From Zygophlyctis sp. KS116 (lineage: Eukaryota > Fungi > Chytridiomycota): a stretch of 9,544 nucleotides of DNA. The translations under genes were made by a program, and so were the position numbers. Positions within the stretch are counted from its first letter, which is position 1; each line of letters starts with the position of its first letter. The notes under the pieces are model-generated. The model made no database searches. It was not told where the DNA came from and saw nothing but the letters and a program-made list of their open reading frames with translations. The stretch covers positions 1 to 9,544 of the forward strand of contig BAAFSQ010000347.1 of NCBI GenBank assembly GCA_054661495.1. The letters run 5' to 3'. Shown piece by piece: positions 6,727-9,544 of this stretch.

Positions 6727-8735
6727 TCCGATGTAGTGATCTCCGACGCTCTAATTCGTCTTCTCTCTATTTATTATCAATAAAATGAAATTTACTTCTT
6801 CTTCTTTGTGAAGGCTGTAAATAACTCCACAAAGAAGGATCAGCATTGTTATGAGGACAATTGTTGTTCCAAAAATTGCAGATGTGTAAGCGACGATCAA
6901 CTGGATCTTCCATCTATGGTTAAATACATTAATAAGTTTACGTTCCCAAGTCCATCGATGGTATAATAATCATTCTTGAATTAGGAATTATTCCATGATA
7001 TACTTTGAAATAATCGGTCTAGGAATTATTAAAGATAAGTACGATATTTAATGGTATGCCAATGAATAAATCCTGAATGTAATTGCTTGTACGTCCCAAA
7101 CCAAATATTACATAAGGGGTCATGGCCTCCATATAATTCATTTGGGGAAGTTGAGCGACTTAAACTTTAAATTGGTAGATTACCTTGAATAGCTCTGATT
7201 GCCCCAAATGGATCAGAGACTGCGTATTTAAATGAAGCACCGGGATAAATGCTTCTAGAAGAACTTTGCACTAGTTTTAAATATAAAAATTGATTTACCT
7301 TGACTTTTTATAAACAAACCATCATAAAAGACATCATTAAAAATAATATAAGAAGCTTGACTAGAAGAGTTCATCCAGGTCGTAATAAGAAAATCAAGAG
7401 TTCCCTAGAATTTAGAGTCAAGATTTTTACATCGCCATTAAAATCTGCCCAAACTCCATGCATGTCTTTCCCAGGAATTGAATCAAAAGCTTTACTCCAT
7501 GCTGTATCCTCTACATAAGCTCTTCGCATTTTTGGATCTTTACACAAGGTAGGAGAGCAAGCCGTAGAACGAAGCATATAATAACGGTTGTTTTCAAACA
7601 ATGCCAAAATATCCGGAAATCCATCATGATTATAATCAACGATTTTAATGGTATAGCGAGCTTTGAATCCTTGAAATCTATCATTCGTATCCTTGAGCTT
7701 TAAATCTGATCCGATAATGTCTGGAACTGATATTAATTAGGGCAAAGTTACATTTATATATAACTGCTGTCTCTAATGAAACATCACTGGATTTTCCACA
7801 AAGATCCCTTCTACATTTCCCATTTTCACAATAAATTGATTCATTATTATGAAGTATTGACATATAGCAATAAGTATAACTGCAACTAGCATACACCAAG
7901 TCAATCATCCCATCAGAGTCCATATCACCTAACGCAAGATTATTTACATCCGTAGGAATCGTTATATCCTTTTCCAATAAAAATCCTCTCTCTGTATTAG
8001 AATAAATCCTAATATATTGCTTAGTTTTGAGCCAGCCACTAGCTTCACAAAATAAAAGCAAGTCTTTAATTGAGAACTTGTAAAAGTACCTGCCTTACAA
8101 TCTCCATTCAGATCAACCCACGCGCTTGAATGCGGATGTGCCAAAACGCATCCTTCAAGCCCATTTAAATGTGTTAAAAACGGGTCATTTCCATCAAGTG
8201 TCCAAAGAGAGAAATTTGAAGATCCTTTCAACTGTCCAAATAAGGAAATTGAAAAATTGCCAAAAAAATCCAAAGCAAACGGTTGTGCAAGCGACGAAGG
8301 AGGTAGATTGATCAAACTATACCCATCTCCATTATTTAAATACAATTTCTGTCTCAACTCATCATTTGATCCTTGTATTTGAACCAATACATCCAGTCTC
8401 CCATCCTGATTAAAATCAGCAGTTAGCACTAAAGATTAAAAACGCAACATTACCATTTTGAATTGGCGAATCATTGACATCAATATATGCCTCTAATTTA
8501 GCCAATATTTTTGAATCTCATAATTTAACTTATAAAATATACCAGTATTCATTGACCAAATTTCTACTTTAGTCTGTTTGGAGTTTATGACATACATTGA
8601 AGTTCTAAAATCAGATCATAAAGATTACCTTGAATCATCCCAATTCCCAAAGCTGCTCACATAGCCCGTTAGATCCGGAACTAATTGCACTCTCTGTGCA
8701 AGAAAACCGCATAAAAATAATAAAATAAATTTCAT
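6707..8735 (-). CDS. ITFG1: ITFG1/LINKIN (T-cell immunomodulatory protein)-like FG-GAP repeat type I membrane protein, ~580 aa. 12 exons: 8735-8629, 8604-8543, 8516-8454, 8428-8090, 8063-7752, 7726-7431, 7404-7299, 7270-7184, 7158-7043, 7018-6942, 6913-6796, 6766-6707
   Basis: Signal-like MKFILLFLCGFLA. Ca-binding FG-GAP loops DFNQDGRLD, DLNGDCKAD, DMDSDGMID, DYNHDGFPD and DFNGDGTLD. Family motifs HPHSSAWVD, AQLPQ, FGLGRTSNYI and IIPNS. A TM helix is followed by the tail REDELERRRSLHRINFDAL*. Eleven 24-29-nt GT-AG introns are all phase-consistent. Confidence 0.92.
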
Positions 8736-8927
8736 GACATTTAACACGCGATTTAACCATCAATTCATGATTTTATCATTTACTTTTAACCGCAGAAACT
8801 ATTCATTTTTAGAAAAGAGAATGCTATCTAATGCACTAGTGTAGATCAGCCCAAAACAGCCTAGATCAGTCCAAATCAGTCAAGATCAAACCAACTGCTA
8901 GGGTGACTTTCGCGTTTGGGTTTCAAA
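8736..8927. promoter_or_regulatory. Putative bidirectional promoter for ITFG1 and NDUFV2 with an inverted pair of TCGCGT motifs
   Basis: 192 bp between divergent ATGs. TCGCGT lies on each gene's sense strand: 8751-8746 (10 nt before the ITFG1 ATG) and 8910-8915 (12 nt before the NDUFV2 ATG). Function is inferred. Confidence 0.5.
8841..8895. repeat. Imperfect 10-bp tandem repeat (20-bp dimer) in the divergent intergenic region
   Basis: Consecutive blocks: gtagatcagc / ccaaaacagc / ctagatcagt / ccaaatcagt / caagatcaaa / ccaac. Confidence 0.75.
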
Positions 8928-9544
8928 ATGCGTTTAATCAGCAAGCGATTGTTTTCCGATAAGATATTTCAAGTAAGTTTAGCATATTGATATATTATAG
9001 CATCGGTCTTCTCCATCGGATTCAATCCCCTTTACTTTTACTCCAGAGAATTTAAAGAGAGCAGAAGCCATTTTAGCAAATTACCCACCACAGTACAAAT
9101 GTGCTGCTGCTCTACCGCTCTTGGATTTAGCTCAACGGCAGAATAATGGATGGACTTCACTCCCTGCAATGAATTATGTCGCAAAGTTTTTGGAAATGCC
9201 CCCAATGAGAATATATGAAGTTGCTACATTTTACACAATGTATAATCGGTAACACAATATTTTCTGAAAACAAGTGAACCAATCGGTAAATACTTTTTGC
9301 AAGTATGTACGACAACGCCTTGTGAATTATGTGGAGCATCGAATATTGTTAAAACAATCTCTGATCATTTGGGTATAAGTGTTGGGGAAACCACTAAAGA
9401 TGGTCTATTCACTTTAGTAGAAGTAGAATGTGCTGGAGCTTGTGTTAATGCACCTGTACTAGCAGTAAATGACGATTATTATGTATAAACAAGATGTTTC
9501 TAATGATTAGGAAGATTTGACACCACAAGCTACAATTTCAATTT
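8928..9544 (+). CDS. NDUFV2: NADH:ubiquinone oxidoreductase 24-kDa flavoprotein subunit 2; 3'-partial. Exons 8928-8972, 9001-9248, 9275-9482, 9511->9544
   Basis: Motifs [35 protein letters not shown], the [2Fe-2S] ligands CTTTPC and [10 protein letters not shown], and DDYYEDLTP. Introns at 8973-9000 (28 nt), 9249-9274 (26 nt) and 9483-9510 (28 nt). Confidence 0.97.

Noticed and set aside
7300-8311. Plus-strand ORFs 7300-7518 and 8126-8311
   Set aside because: Antisense to ITFG1 exons and introns, with no independent support.
9157-9339. 60-aa minus-strand ORF
   Set aside because: Antisense to NDUFV2.
3520-9510. Fragmented ORFs interpreted as pseudogenes, programmed frameshifts or an alternative genetic code
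   Set aside because: Every break is explained by a phase-consistent GTA...AG micro-intron under the standard code.

Overview
AT-rich eukaryotic nuclear DNA. It is probably from an early-diverging (chytrid-like) fungus, inferred from fungal-type homologues and VDPSAxDNxAIR ankyrin repeats. Manual splice reconstruction gives nine genes: an ankyrin-repeat protein with a presequence-like N-terminus (-, partial), a MidA/NDUFAF7-family methyltransferase (+), DNA polymerase epsilon subunit B (+), a 58-aa twin-CX9C NDUFAF8-like protein (-, absent from the ORF track), ATG10-like (+), PRMT5 (-), an unidentified 64-aa three-exon microprotein (+, absent from the ORF track), an ITFG1/LINKIN-like FG-GAP protein (-, 12 exons) and complex I NDUFV2 (+, partial). 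The most striking feature is the architecture. There are 27 tiny introns (24-33 nt, all starting GTA). Six alternating-strand genes across 2203-8735 contain only 20 bp of intergenic DNA in total: both head-to-head pairs have ATGs exactly 10 bp apart, and all three tail-to-tail pairs overlap within their coding sequences (4, 21 and 20 bp). All models were built by hand and have no transcript support.
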